Of a DNA stretch of 63,798 nt, positions 37,334 through 48,094 are shown in pieces. Under the pieces are notes generated by a model. The model was given only the letters and a program-made list of their open reading frames with translations. It did not search any database and was not told the DNA's origin. Both the position numbers and the translations under genes were made by a program. Each line of letters opens with the position of its first letter. Within the stretch, counting starts at the first letter, position 1. Source of the stretch: an uncultured Desulfobacteraceae bacterium (GTDB taxonomy: Bacteria > Desulfobacterota > DSM-4660 > Desulfatiglandales > Desulfatiglandaceae); the NCBI GenBank assembly GCA_964430575.1, contig CAYSFQ010000001.1, forward strand, positions 1-63,798, written 5' to 3'.

Positions 37334-40300
37334 ATGGCGGATACACCCAAAAATCGAACTGCCACAAAAGATTCTCCGTTAAATTTAAACGCCGTTTCAA
37401 GTGCAACACAAAATCCCCTGTCCCAACTGAACAATTGGGTTGAAGATGGTTGCCAGACCATGAGGGTCGCAGGTCTTTCGGGGGCTGCCCGCGCCTATGG
37501 TTTTGCCCGGTTCCTGGACGATCTGAATAAGCCTTGTCTGGTCGTTTTCCCAGAAAAGAAACGGGCTGAACGCTTTTACCGTGAAGTCCGGTTTTTCATG
37601 GGTTCCCCTAATAATGGAAGTCATGGCGCGCCCATGCGCCTTTACCGATTTCCGCCCTACGACATGTCACCCCTGACAGGCCTCAGCCCTCACAGTCAAC
37701 TGATCACCGAGCGAATCAACGCGCTTTATGCACTCATTACAGAGCCGAACCCTGTGGTGATCACCTCCCTTGAAGCACTTTGCTACAGGGTCATGCCCAA
37801 AAGAGCGCTCGTTGATGCCCTGGAATACCTGGAAGAAGGGGAAGAGGTGGATCGGGAAGACCTGATCAAAACCCTCGAAATGAATGGTTACCACCACACT
37901 TCAATGGTGGAAGAGAGGGGCGACTATTCCATCAGGGGGGGGGTGGTTGATGTCTTTTCCCCGCTGTATCCGTTGCCGGTGCGCCTGGAGTTCTGGGGAG
38001 ACCGGCTGGAATCCATCCGTCAATTTGATCCCATGAGTCAACGGTCCGAAAACAGCCTTCATGAGTTGATCCTGCTGCCCGCCTGCGAGATCGTCAAGGG
38101 TAAGAAAAACATCAAACGGGCCAGGTCCATGGGACGACTCCCCGGCCATTACAGCTCTATCAGCGGTTTTCCCGGCCAGGAAGCCTGGTTGAACCATTTC
38201 TATGAAAGCCCTGACACCCTGATGGAATATTTGGCGAAGGAAAGCATTCTGACGCTGGTGGAACCCGGTTTCCTGGAACCCAATGGACGAAAAATAGAAA
38301 AAAAATTCGAGAAGGATAAGGAAAAATACCGGGAGGAATCCGCAGCCAGGGGAGAACCTTTTCCGGATATTGAAGGCCTTTTTGTCCCGTTTACAAACAT
38401 CACAGAGCTCACCGCGAAATATCAGAAAATTGAGTTCTCCGAACTGAATCTGGGCCCTGATGAGCGCGCCGAAAAGGCTTTGATGTTTGAAGGACGCTTT
38501 GAAATTGAAGATGATCTGGAAATCCGGCTTGCCGCCAAAGGCAGGGTTTCCATGGCGCCTTTTGCTCACAAATTAGACGCCTGGATCGCCTCAGGCGCAC
38601 AGGTGGTAATGACGTGCAGCACCCTGCAGCAAGCCAACCGATTGAGGGAAATCCTCGGCAATTATGATGTTATTGTGGACCGGGTGGTGCAGGGCTGGCA
38701 TGAAATAAAAAAGGGTCGTGGGCTTACCATTTGCCTGGATCGTTTGGCCAGAGGCTTTGCCTGGCCGGAGCTGGGCCTTTATGTGGTCAGTGAAGACGAG
38801 ATTTTTGGTACGAAACGGGTCGGTCTGAGACATGATAAGAAAAAGCGCCGTCAGGGACTTTCCTGGTCCGCTTTCAGCCAGTTGAAGGCCGGCGATCTGG
38901 TGGTCCACGAGGAGCACGGTATCGGCCGCTATATGGGCCTTTCCACCATGGAGATCGCACAACGCACTCATGACTTTATTATTGTTGAATATGCAGTCAA
39001 ATCCAAGCTGTATCTTCCGGCCGACCGGGTCAGTGTTCTACAGAAATATGCCGGGGCTGAGGAAAAGAGTCCGAAACTGGACCAGCTGGGGGGGTACGCT
39101 TGGACCCTGACCAAACAGAAAGCCAAAAACTCCGTCAAGAAGATTGCCAAACAGCTGGTAGAACTCTACGCCCTCAGAAAATACCAAAAGGGATTCAGGT
39201 TTTCGCCGCCCGATCACTATTTCCGTGAATTCGAAGCAGCCTTTGAACATGAGGAAACGGATGATCAGAGCAAGGCCATTGATGATGTGTTGGCAGATCT
39301 TTCATCGGACAAAACCATGGATCGCCTCATCTGTGGGGATGTGGGTTTCGGAAAAACGGAAATTGCCATTCGGGCCGCGTTCAAGGCGGTATCCGATGGA
39401 AAACAGGTGGCTTTTCTGGTACCCACGACGGTTCTGGCGGAGCAGCATTATGAAACCTTTAAGAAGCGCATGGTCCCCCATGCCATCAGCCTGGGTCTCC
39501 TCAGTCGATTCAAAACCAAAACGGAACAGGCAAAAATCGTTGCAGAAGTCCGATCCGGAAAAATCAGCATACTGATTGGCACACACAGAATACTCCAGAA
39601 GGATGTGTCATTCGCAGATTTGGGGCTCGTCATTATTGATGAAGAGCAGCGTTTCGGCGTCAAACAGAAAGAAGCTCTCAAGAAATATCGTGCCCTGGTG
39701 GATGTGCTGGCCATTACCGCCACCCCGGTTCCCAGGACGCTTCAAATGTCCATGATGGGTGTCAGAGATCTGAGTGTCATCGAAACGCCGCCCAGAGACA
39801 GGCTGGCCATTGAAACCTATCTTTCGCCCTATGACGAAGCAACCATTAAAAGGGCCATTCACAATGAAGTGGAAAGGGGTGGGCAGACCTTTTTTGTGCA
39901 CAATAAAGTGAAAACTATCGTTCTCATGGCCGGTCAGTTAAGAAAACTGGTCCCGAAAGCCAATTTTGAAGTGGCCCACGGCCAGATGAAACCAAGGGAA
40001 CTTGAAAACACCATGATGCGATTCCTGGGCAGAGAAATCGACGTCCTTGTTTGCACCACCATTATTGAATCGGGCCTGGACATTCCTTCGGCCAATACCA
40101 TTATTATCAATGAAGCGGATCGTCTGGGCCTGGCCCAGATTTATCAGTTGCGGGGCCGGGTGGGGCGCGCCAGTGAAAAGGCCTACGCCTACCTGTTGAT
40201 CTCGAGGGATTCCACGCTCACAAGGGATGCGGAAAAACGACTGAAAGCGCTTATGGATTTTTCCAATCTGGGCGCCGGGCTGCACCTTGCCATGCATGAC

Positions 40301-40873
40301 TTGAAAATCAGGGGGGGCGGCAATATCCTTGGTTTTTCCCAGTCAGGGCATATTTCGGCGGTGGGATATGAACTCTACCTCAAACTGATTGAACGGACGG
40401 TCACGGAATTAAAAGGGGAGCAATGGCAGGACGAGGTGAATCCCGAAATTAATATCAATATCCCCGCATTTCTGCCCGGCGACTACATACTGGATACGGA
40501 TATGAGATTAAATCTCTATCGCCGTCTTTCCGCGCTGATTGAAAATTCTGAACTGGAGGAAATGACCCAGGAAATTCATGATCGTTTTGGAAACCCGCCT
40601 GCCGAAGTTAAAAACCTTTTGGCTTTGATGTCCATCCGTTTGCGCCTGAAGCAGCTTCGTATCAACAAGTTGGATATGGGAAAAAACAAGCTGATGCTTG
40701 CTTTTCTGGAGGACGGTACTCAGAACAGGGAACATCTGGTAAAACTGGCAAACGATCGCCCCAACCGATTCCGGTTACTTCCTGACAATAGGCTCACGAT
40801 CCATACGGGACCGGTCACATTTCCGAAAGATCTTCAAAAAGTTGAACAAATTCTGGATCAACTCAACCCTTGA
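37334..40873 (+). CDS. mfd: Transcription-repair coupling factor
   Basis: RGGVVDVF, HEEHGIGRY, GDVGFGKT, DEEQRFG, QLRGRVGR, TRCF C-terminus. Confidence 0.98.
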   Translation: MADTPKNRTATKDSPLNLNAVSSATQNPLSQLNNWVEDGCQTMRVAGLSGAARAYGFARFLDDLNKPCLVVFPEKKRAERFYREVRFFMGSPNNGSHGAPMRLYRFPPYDMSPLTGLSPHSQLITERINALYALITEPNPVVITSLEALCYRVMPKRALVDALEYLEEGEEVDREDLIKTLEMNGYHHTSMVEERGDYSIRGGVVDVFSPLYPLPVRLEFWGDRLESIRQFDPMSQRSENSLHELILLPACEIVKGKKNIKRARSMGRLPGHYSSISGFPGQEAWLNHFYESPDTLMEYLAKESILTLVEPGFLEPNGRKIEKKFEKDKEKYREESAARGEPFPDIEGLFVPFTNITELTAKYQKIEFSELNLGPDERAEKALMFEGRFEIEDDLEIRLAAKGRVSMAPFAHKLDAWIASGAQVVMTCSTLQQANRLREILGNYDVIVDRVVQGWHEIKKGRGLTICLDRLARGFAWPELGLYVVSEDEIFGTKRVGLRHDKKKRRQGLSWSAFSQLKAGDLVVHEEHGIGRYMGLSTMEIAQRTHDFIIVEYAVKSKLYLPADRVSVLQKYAGAEEKSPKLDQLGGYAWTLTKQKAKNSVKKIAKQLVELYALRKYQKGFRFSPPDHYFREFEAAFEHEETDDQSKAIDDVLADLSSDKTMDRLICGDVGFGKTEIAIRAAFKAVSDGKQVAFLVPTTVLAEQHYETFKKRMVPHAISLGLLSRFKTKTEQAKIVAEVRSGKISILIGTHRILQKDVSFADLGLVIIDEEQRFGVKQKEALKKYRALVDVLAITATPVPRTLQMSMMGVRDLSVIETPPRDRLAIETYLSPYDEATIKRAIHNEVERGGQTFFVHNKVKTIVLMAGQLRKLVPKANFEVAHGQMKPRELENTMMRFLGREIDVLVCTTIIESGLDIPSANTIIINEADRLGLAQIYQLRGRVGRASEKAYAYLLISRDSTLTRDAEKRLKALMDFSNLGAGLHLAMHDLKIRGGGNILGFSQSGHISAVGYELYLKLIERTVTELKGEQWQDEVNPEININIPAFLPGDYILDTDMRLNLYRRLSALIENSELEEMTQEIHDRFGNPPAEVKNLLALMSIRLRLKQLRINKLDMGKNKLMLAFLEDGTQNREHLVKLANDRPNRFRLLPDNRLTIHTGPVTFPKDLQKVEQILDQLNP

Positions 40874-41009
40874 ATGTCCGGCTTTTCCGGACTTGATGGT
40901 TTCATTGAAAAATATGCTTGCTTTTTCCCGTGTGCTTGCTACTCTAAAAAGTTCGAAGATTTTATTTATCATTGCTTTATTTTCCCTGTGACCAAATGTC
41001 ATTAGACAA

Positions 41010-41987
41010 ATGAACCATCGGGCTATTTTTAAAAACAAATCAACCGTTTTTTATTCGGCCCTTTTCCTGCTTCTGGGCGGCGCCAGCCTTTTTTTTATTA
41101 CCGGTTGCGACCGCCTTGGGCTGAATTCCAGCACGGTCGTTATGGTCATTGGAAATCAACAGCTTACGGCCGATGACCTGAAACAGGACATGGTTTTTGC
41201 GGGCGAAGATTTGCCCATTTCGGCCCAGGATGCAAAAGAGATCAAAACCCGCCTGCTCAATCATATCATAGACCGATACCTGATGTTGGAATACGCGAGG
41301 CAGCACGGCATTGAAGTTACGGAGGAAGAGTTTCAGACGCAATTGAGCGAAATCAAAGAGGGATATACAGACGCCGGCTTTGAACAGGTACTGCTTCGAA
41401 AATCCGGGGATCCTGACACCTGGGCAAAACGACTTAAAGAGCAGCTTATCATTGAGAAGGTTATGGAATCGGTTTCCAAGGACATGGCACCACCTGATTA
41501 CACAGAAATAAAGGCCTATTTTGAATCAGACCCAAACCGTTTCAAGGCCCCGGAAAAGGTTAAATTCAGGCAAATTGTCTGCCTAACCCGAAAGGAGGCC
41601 AGACAACTCCATGCAAGAATTCGTGCGGGTGAGAATCTTGCTGACCTGGCCCGGGAATACTCTGTAGGCCCTGAGGCTGAAAATGGCGGTCAAGTAGGTT
41701 GGATCCCCAAAGGCACTATGGATGAAACCCTTGACAAAACTCTTTTTTCAATGGCTCCTGGTGAGGTCAGCCCAGTGACGAAAGGTGCTTCGGGATACCA
41801 TATTTTTGAGGTCATATCCCGCCGTCCCGGAGGCCTCCAGGAATTTTCGGAGGTCATTGACGACATAGAGCAAGAGCTTTCACAGCAGAGACGGGCATCT
41901 TTTTGCAGAAAGTGGCTTCAAAACCTTCATGGTAACATCAGGGTAAAAATCAACCAAAAAGCGATCGATAAATTGGAGTTTTCCTGA
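41010..41987 (+). CDS. SurA/PrsA-like parvulin PPIase lipoprotein
   Basis: Lipobox ITGC; SurA-N helical domain; LAREYS..PE...GG.VGW parvulin domain. Confidence 0.85.
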   Translation: MNHRAIFKNKSTVFYSALFLLLGGASLFFITGCDRLGLNSSTVVMVIGNQQLTADDLKQDMVFAGEDLPISAQDAKEIKTRLLNHIIDRYLMLEYARQHGIEVTEEEFQTQLSEIKEGYTDAGFEQVLLRKSGDPDTWAKRLKEQLIIEKVMESVSKDMAPPDYTEIKAYFESDPNRFKAPEKVKFRQIVCLTRKEARQLHARIRAGENLADLAREYSVGPEAENGGQVGWIPKGTMDETLDKTLFSMAPGEVSPVTKGASGYHIFEVISRRPGGLQEFSEVIDDIEQELSQQRRASFCRKWLQNLHGNIRVKINQKAIDKLEFS

Positions 41988-42962
41988 ATGAAAAAATCGA
42001 CCCTTCTCATCTTGATACTCTTTTTTCTTTGGGGGAACACTTGTCTCCAGGAAAAGGCTTTTGGCGAAATTTACAATCGCGTGGTGGCTATTGTTAATGC
42101 GGATGTGGTTACATTATATGAACTCAATACGCGCATGACAGAAATGACGGGAATGACCCCTGAAGCACTCAAAAGAAAATCCGAAAGTCAGTACATTGAG
42201 ACGCGCAGAAAATTTCTTGAAATGCTGATCGAAGAAAAAATTGCCCGTGAGAAGATTAAGGAATTGAAGATCAAGGTACCTCAGAAAGAAGTGGACGCGA
42301 CCATCGAAAGGGTCAAGGCGGACAACAACCTGACCCAAGAAGGCCTGGTTGCTGCGCTCAAAGAGCAAGGGCAGACTTATGACCAATATCGAAAAATGCT
42401 CAAAACAGAGCTTGAACGGAGGCGCCTGGTCAATTATGAGGTCACAAGTAAAATTATCATCAGAGAAGAAGAAATAAAAGAGTATTATGAGGCGCATAAA
42501 GATGAATTCAGCACCAAAGGAAAGGTTCATCTTGCCATGATTTTTCTAAAGCAGGAAGACCCGGCCGATCGGGAAGAATCCCGCGCATTAAAAGTAAAAG
42601 CTGGTGAAATCATTGAGAAAATCAAGGCTGGCGAAGATTTCGGAAAACTGGCCAGGCAGTTTTCCAACGGTCCGGGGGCGAAAGAGGGGGGAGATCTCGG
42701 GGTGTTCAAGATTTCGGAGCTCAATCCGGAAATGGCTGCTACCATCAAAGATCTTTCCTCAGGCGAGGTGGGCGTTCCCATTGTTGGACCCAACGGAATA
42801 CAGATTATTAAAGTCGTGGAAAAAGACAAAGGCGGGGAAAAATCATTCGACCAGGTCAAAAATTCCATTCGTTCTACCCTTTACCGCAAGAAGATGGATC
42901 AAGCGTATTCCGACTGGATCAAGAACTTAAGGGAAAAAGCATACGTTAAAATCATCTTTTGA
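41988..42962 (+). CDS. surA: SurA-like chaperone / PPIase
   Basis: NRVVAIVN...T..EL, FGKLARQFS..P....GGDLG. Confidence 0.85.
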   Translation: MKKSTLLILILFFLWGNTCLQEKAFGEIYNRVVAIVNADVVTLYELNTRMTEMTGMTPEALKRKSESQYIETRRKFLEMLIEEKIAREKIKELKIKVPQKEVDATIERVKADNNLTQEGLVAALKEQGQTYDQYRKMLKTELERRRLVNYEVTSKIIIREEEIKEYYEAHKDEFSTKGKVHLAMIFLKQEDPADREESRALKVKAGEIIEKIKAGEDFGKLARQFSNGPGAKEGGDLGVFKISELNPEMAATIKDLSSGEVGVPIVGPNGIQIIKVVEKDKGGEKSFDQVKNSIRSTLYRKKMDQAYSDWIKNLREKAYVKIIF

Positions 42963-42981
42963 ACACTCAAGGTCATTCAAT

Positions 42982-43962
42982 ATGGGTCAAGATGATCAAC
43001 AGCCATTAAATGCTGAAACCGATGATTGGATCTTTTCTTCCGGTATTTCCCCAGGTGCCTTGCTCAAAAGGGAACGAGAAAAAAAGGGACTCAGCCACGC
43101 CCAAATCTCCCAGCAGACCCGACTGAGACCCCGTTTCCTGGAGGCCATTGAAAATGAAGAATGGGACCTACTTCCCGCGCCCACCTTTGTAAAGGGTTTC
43201 ATACGATCCTACGCCCGCGTTCTGGGGCTTGATGAAGAACGCGTTGTAGACCTTTACGGGGAGGAAGCAGGGGCCGATGACTTTTCGCAAGAATTTGTCC
43301 TGCCGTCCATTCCCCAAAGGAAAAAATGGCCATTTGTGGTGGTCGGCCTGTTGTTCCTCCTGGCTGCGGTGTTAGCCTTTTATGCGTGGTTTACGGTTTC
43401 AACTGACTCAAAAGGAGCCGCCGGCACAGGCGCCGTAAGAGTTCAAAGTTTACCGGTAGGCGAAGAGCCAATTGCTCTCGATGAAGAACAGAAAACTGAA
43501 AAGGGACCTTCTGTTGAAGAAAGTGCTCTTTCAACTGCTGATTCGGAATTGACAGCGGGTGTTTCAGCGGTGAGTCCCGAAACACAGGAAAAACCAAGAA
43601 CCCCGGAAAATGTCTTGCCAAAGCCAGCCGTAACCCGGACTGCCGCCGAAGAGAAGGCCGAAGTAATAATTCCTTCCGCCGCCGGGGAGGCTGAAGCGTT
43701 GAAGTTACAGCTGAAAGGCCGTATAACGGAGAGGACCTGGGTGAGAATATCAATTGACGGTCTGAAATCGAAAGAGTATGTATTTGGTCCTTCAGATACG
43801 CCTGAATGGAAGGCTGAAAAGGGTTTTGAATTGTTGATCGGCAATGCCGGCGGCATTGTTCTTGAGTTCAACGGCAAAAAAATGGATAATCTCGGAAAAC
43901 AGGGGCAGGTGGTACGCATCAAACTTCCCGAGGATGAAGAAAGGAGTCCCGCAAGAGACTGA
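42982..43962 (+). CDS. rodZ: RodZ-like HTH-TM-DUF4115 protein
   Basis: HTH_25 (FVKGFIRSYARVLGL), a TM, and a C-terminal IGNAGG domain. Confidence 0.88.
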   Translation: MGQDDQQPLNAETDDWIFSSGISPGALLKREREKKGLSHAQISQQTRLRPRFLEAIENEEWDLLPAPTFVKGFIRSYARVLGLDEERVVDLYGEEAGADDFSQEFVLPSIPQRKKWPFVVVGLLFLLAAVLAFYAWFTVSTDSKGAAGTGAVRVQSLPVGEEPIALDEEQKTEKGPSVEESALSTADSELTAGVSAVSPETQEKPRTPENVLPKPAVTRTAAEEKAEVIIPSAAGEAEALKLQLKGRITERTWVRISIDGLKSKEYVFGPSDTPEWKAEKGFELLIGNAGGIVLEFNGKKMDNLGKQGQVVRIKLPEDEERSPARD

Positions 43963-43964
43963 AA

Positions 43965-45206
43965 ATGGAAAATATTTTAGAAATCTTTCAAACCAGAGGA
44001 TTCTTTGAACAGTCCACGGACAAAGGATCGCTTTCGCAAATGCTCTCTCAACCCACCACCTGTTATATCGGTTTTGACCCGACCGCGAAAAGCCTTCACG
44101 TGGGGAGTCTGCTTCCCATAATGAGTCTGATGCACATGCAGAATGCCGGTCACCGGCCGGTTGTGCTGGTGGGGGGTGGTACGGCCCTGGTGGGAGACCC
44201 CAGCGGAAAGACCGAGATGCGCCGTATCATGAGCCGTGAAGAAATTAATGACAATGCACTGGGCCTGAAGAAACAGCTTTCCAATTTCATTGATTTCAGC
44301 GGTGAACGAGCCATCATGGCCAACAACGCCGACTGGCTGACGGAACTCCGATACGTCGATTTTCTACGGGATATCGGTCGACATTTCAGCGTAAACCGGA
44401 TGCTTGCCGCTGAAAGCTACAAGATGAGAATGGAAACCGGTCTCAGCTTCATCGAATTTAACTACATGCTGCTACAGGCGTATGATTTTTGGCACCTTTT
44501 CAAGTATTACGACTGTCGTCTCCAGATGGGGGGCAACGATCAATGGGGCAATATCCTGGCCGGTGCCGATCTGATAAGACGTCTGGAGGGTGAAGTTGTC
44601 CATGGACTCACGTTTCCGCTTTTGACCACCACTTCAGGCATTAAAATGGGCAAAACCCACAAAGGTGCGGTTTGGCTTGATGGTGAAATGACGTCGCCCT
44701 ATGACTATTACCAGTATTGGGTCAACCAGGATGATGGGGACATCGGGAGGTTTCTGGCCATATTTACACTGCTCAGCATGGATGAAATAAAGCGGCTTCA
44801 AAAGCTGGAGGGTTCTGAGATTCGGGAAGCGAAAAAAATATTGGCTTACGAAGCGACCCGGTTATGCCACGGCAAAGAAAATGCGAGTCAGGCCAGGGCC
44901 GCGGCCGAGGGGCTGTTCGGCCGGAATAAAGGGATTTCAGATGAATCCGTTCCCACATATGAAATTGAACCGAAAGCCCTTGAAACGGGTGTGCCGGCCT
45001 ACATTCTGTTTGAAAATACGGGCTTGTGTAAGACAAGAGGGGAAGCCCGCAGATTGATTTCACAGGGGGGCGGCTATTTGAATAACCAGAAAATTTCGGT
45101 TTTTGACCAGACGGTCAGTGCGGATGATTTAGGAGAGGACGGGTTACTCCTGCGGGCAGGTAAAAAACGATACATGAAAATTGTTTCCGGCGCCCAGTTG
45201 CAATAA
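43965..45206 (+). CDS. tyrS: Tyrosine--tRNA ligase
   Basis: GFDPTAKSLHVG, QAYDF, GGNDQWGN, KMGKT, S4 domain. Confidence 0.98.
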   Translation: MENILEIFQTRGFFEQSTDKGSLSQMLSQPTTCYIGFDPTAKSLHVGSLLPIMSLMHMQNAGHRPVVLVGGGTALVGDPSGKTEMRRIMSREEINDNALGLKKQLSNFIDFSGERAIMANNADWLTELRYVDFLRDIGRHFSVNRMLAAESYKMRMETGLSFIEFNYMLLQAYDFWHLFKYYDCRLQMGGNDQWGNILAGADLIRRLEGEVVHGLTFPLLTTTSGIKMGKTHKGAVWLDGEMTSPYDYYQYWVNQDDGDIGRFLAIFTLLSMDEIKRLQKLEGSEIREAKKILAYEATRLCHGKENASQARAAAEGLFGRNKGISDESVPTYEIEPKALETGVPAYILFENTGLCKTRGEARRLISQGGGYLNNQKISVFDQTVSADDLGEDGLLLRAGKKRYMKIVSGAQLQ

Positions 45207-45244
45207 ACAGATTCACGTATGTGAAACCATTGTAGGGTTTTTAT

Positions 45245-46225
45245 ATGAAAAAAGGGAAAAACAAAGCCGGTTCGAAAAAACAATCTGGCAAAACGCCTGA
45301 CCGAAAACCGGCCCTGAAGCACAATGATCTCGCGCCTGTGGTGCAGCGCTCGGACACTGCTCTGGTCCCTTATGACCCACTTCAAATATACCTTCTTGAA
45401 ATTAAACAGTATAATCTGCTGACCCGTGAGGAAGAGAAAGAACTGGGCATCAGGATCCGGGAACATAATGATGATGATGCGGCATTCAGGCTGGTGACGT
45501 CAAACTTGCGGCTGGTTGTAAAAATCGCCATGGATTTTCATCGGTACTGGACGAAAAACCTGCTGGACCTCATTCAGGAGGGGAATCTGGGCCTCTTACA
45601 GGCTGTGCGAAAATTCGACCCCTATCGTGGTATAAAATTTTCCTATTATGCTTCTTTTTGGATTAAGGCTTATATCCTTAAATTCATAATGGATAATTGG
45701 AAAATGGTGAAAATTGGAACGACCCAGAGTCAGAGAAAGCTGTTTTTCAACCTTGCCAAGGAAAGGGACAAGCTTATTGCTCAGGGCTTTACCCCCGAAC
45801 CGCGCTTACTGGCTGAGAGACTTGATGTGAAGGAATCAGAAGTGGTTGAAATGACACAGCGGCTGGGAGGATGGGAAGTTTCCCTCAGCGCGCCGGTGGG
45901 TGAGGATTCCAGGGAATCCTACGGCTCTTTTCTGCCTGACCCCGGAATGGCCGTTGACGAACAGCTCTCCAATGACGAAAGCAAAAACCTGCTGACGAAA
46001 AGCCTTCGAGAATTTCGCAAAACCCTTTCTGGAAAAGAAGCCGACATTTTTGACAATCGAATTCTGGCTGAAAAACCCCTGACCCTCCAGGATCTGGGCA
46101 ATAAATACAATATTTCCCGGGAAAGAATTCGGCAGATCCAGGAAAAGATCATCAAGAACATTCGGAAATGGTTGAAAGAAAAGATTCCGAATTTTGAGGA
46201 GGAATATTCGGATTTTCTGAAATAG
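45245..46225 (+). CDS. rpoH: RNA polymerase sigma factor, RpoH (sigma-32) type
   Basis: NLRLVVKIA, DLIQEGNLGL, RpoH box TTQSQRKLFFNL, SRERIRQI. Confidence 0.9.
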   Translation: MKKGKNKAGSKKQSGKTPDRKPALKHNDLAPVVQRSDTALVPYDPLQIYLLEIKQYNLLTREEEKELGIRIREHNDDDAAFRLVTSNLRLVVKIAMDFHRYWTKNLLDLIQEGNLGLLQAVRKFDPYRGIKFSYYASFWIKAYILKFIMDNWKMVKIGTTQSQRKLFFNLAKERDKLIAQGFTPEPRLLAERLDVKESEVVEMTQRLGGWEVSLSAPVGEDSRESYGSFLPDPGMAVDEQLSNDESKNLLTKSLREFRKTLSGKEADIFDNRILAEKPLTLQDLGNKYNISRERIRQIQEKIIKNIRKWLKEKIPNFEEEYSDFLK

Positions 46226-46267
46226 AATTGACTATTTTACCAGAGAATCCGGTGTAAATAAGCACCT

Positions 46268-48094
46268 ATGAAATTTAAATTCACAATATTTGATGGCCAA
46301 TTACTCCGGTACAAGGCTTTCTCAGTCTCAGAGGTCAAAAGTCTGAAACTTATCCCTCTGCTCTTGCTGTTCTTATTTGCCGCTGGACCGACCGGCTGTG
46401 CAACGGTAAATGGCCGGGGGCCTCAGAAAACGATCAGCCCGGCTGTTGAGGCCGTCGAACCCAAAATTTATCGTCCCGGGAAGCCGGATGCCATCCAGAA
46501 AGCCTATGAGAATTTTGCTCTGGCCTCAGTGGCCTTGAACCAGGGCCGTTACCAGGACGCTCGGAAGTATCTTGAGGCGGCCATTCAGAATGATCCCGAC
46601 TCAGTCTATCTGAATGCCAAAATGGCCATTTTACTGAAAGGGCTCAAGAAATACCCTGAAGCACTGGCCTATGCCCAGAAAAGCGTCGGCATGGACCCTC
46701 AAGACACCCACACCCTTGCTTTGCTGGGAGATCTGTATGCACTGACGGGCAAAGATGAACTCGCCATTGTGGAATACCAGAATATTCTCAAACAAGATCC
46801 CGACAATAAACGGATAAGGCTTTTGTTGACCACCATCCTTGTCAGGAAGAAGCAATTTGAAAAGGCTTTGATACAGCTGGATATTCTGATCAAGCAGGAT
46901 CCTGAACTCATCATTGCCTATTATTATCAGGGTAGAATCAACCTGGAGATGGGGCGTTACAAAGCGGCTGAAAGATCGTTGAATGAGGCGCTGAAGCGCA
47001 ACAAAACCCTGGAACCGGCACTGTTTGACAAGGCGACCCTTTATCAAATCACCCAGCGGAATCCAGAGGCGGCCAAGGCCTACGAAAGCCTGCTTTCCCT
47101 CTATCCCGACAATATCCCTGCCAGGGAGAGACTGGTGGAGGTATACCTGAAACTGGGCCAAAAAAACGATGCGGCCCATCAGGTGGAACAGATCAAGAAG
47201 CATTCAAAACCCGGCGAACCGGAACGGCAGGTCCTGGGCCTGATCTACCTGAAGCAGGGCAAAATCGACGCATCCATTGCTGAACTGGACCTGATTGTTA
47301 CGGCATGGCCAAAAGACCACAAGTCTCGATATTATCTGGCCACCGCATATGAAGAAAAGGGCGATAATGACAAGGCGCTGGAGCAGTTCAAATTGATTGA
47401 TCAGAAGTCGAAGTATTACCAGAATGCTCAGATGCACATTATACACTTGCTGATCCTCGAAGAAAAATTCGACGAAGCATTGAAGGCCTTGGAGCAATTG
47501 ATGGCCATGGACCGGAGCAACACGGATCTGTATCTCATGCTGGCTGCCATCTATGAGGCACAGGAAAAATATGATAAGGCCATTGATGCTGTTAAAGAGG
47601 GTCTGACGCTGGATGAAAAAAATGTCAATCTTCGATTTCGTCTCGGTGTACTTCTGGACAAAGCCGGCAGGAAAGAGGCCTGCATTCAGGAAATGCGACA
47701 GTTGCTAAAAATTGACCCCGACAATGCCGATGCGCTCAATTATATCGGTTATACTTATGCCGAACAAGGCGTCCGCCTGGACGAGGCCCTGTTTCTGATT
47801 CAAAAAGCCCTGAAATTAAAACCTGACAGTGGGTATATTATCGACAGCCTGGGATGGGTCTATTTTCAGAAAGGCCAATACGAAAAGGCCTTACAGACCC
47901 TTCTCAAGGCAGCAACCCTGACGGGAGAAGACCCCACCGTTCAGGAACATCTGGGCGATGCCCACTTTAAGTTAAAACAATACCAAAAGGCCCTTCAAAG
48001 TTACGAAAAGGCCCTCTCTTTAAAGCACCCGGAGGAAACACGGATAAAAGAAAAAATTGCCGAGGTGCGTGAACGTTTGAAGACAGAAAATTGA
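46268..48094 (+). CDS. Tetratricopeptide-repeat lipoprotein
   Basis: Lipobox-like PTGC; multiple TPRs; ALNYIGY, DSLGWV, EHLGD. Confidence 0.9.
   Translation: MKFKFTIFDGQLLRYKAFSVSEVKSLKLIPLLLLFLFAAGPTGCATVNGRGPQKTISPAVEAVEPKIYRPGKPDAIQKAYENFALASVALNQGRYQDARKYLEAAIQNDPDSVYLNAKMAILLKGLKKYPEALAYAQKSVGMDPQDTHTLALLGDLYALTGKDELAIVEYQNILKQDPDNKRIRLLLTTILVRKKQFEKALIQLDILIKQDPELIIAYYYQGRINLEMGRYKAAERSLNEALKRNKTLEPALFDKATLYQITQRNPEAAKAYESLLSLYPDNIPARERLVEVYLKLGQKNDAAHQVEQIKKHSKPGEPERQVLGLIYLKQGKIDASIAELDLIVTAWPKDHKSRYYLATAYEEKGDNDKALEQFKLIDQKSKYYQNAQMHIIHLLILEEKFDEALKALEQLMAMDRSNTDLYLMLAAIYEAQEKYDKAIDAVKEGLTLDEKNVNLRFRLGVLLDKAGRKEACIQEMRQLLKIDPDNADALNYIGYTYAEQGVRLDEALFLIQKALKLKPDSGYIIDSLGWVYFQKGQYEKALQTLLKAATLTGEDPTVQEHLGDAHFKLKQYQKALQSYEKALSLKHPEETRIKEKIAEVRERLKTEN

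Noticed and set aside
45212-45225. TTCAC-GTAT-GTGAA palindrome upstream of rpoH
   Set aside because: Short, and arms are in the opposite orientation to a Rex box; could be chance.
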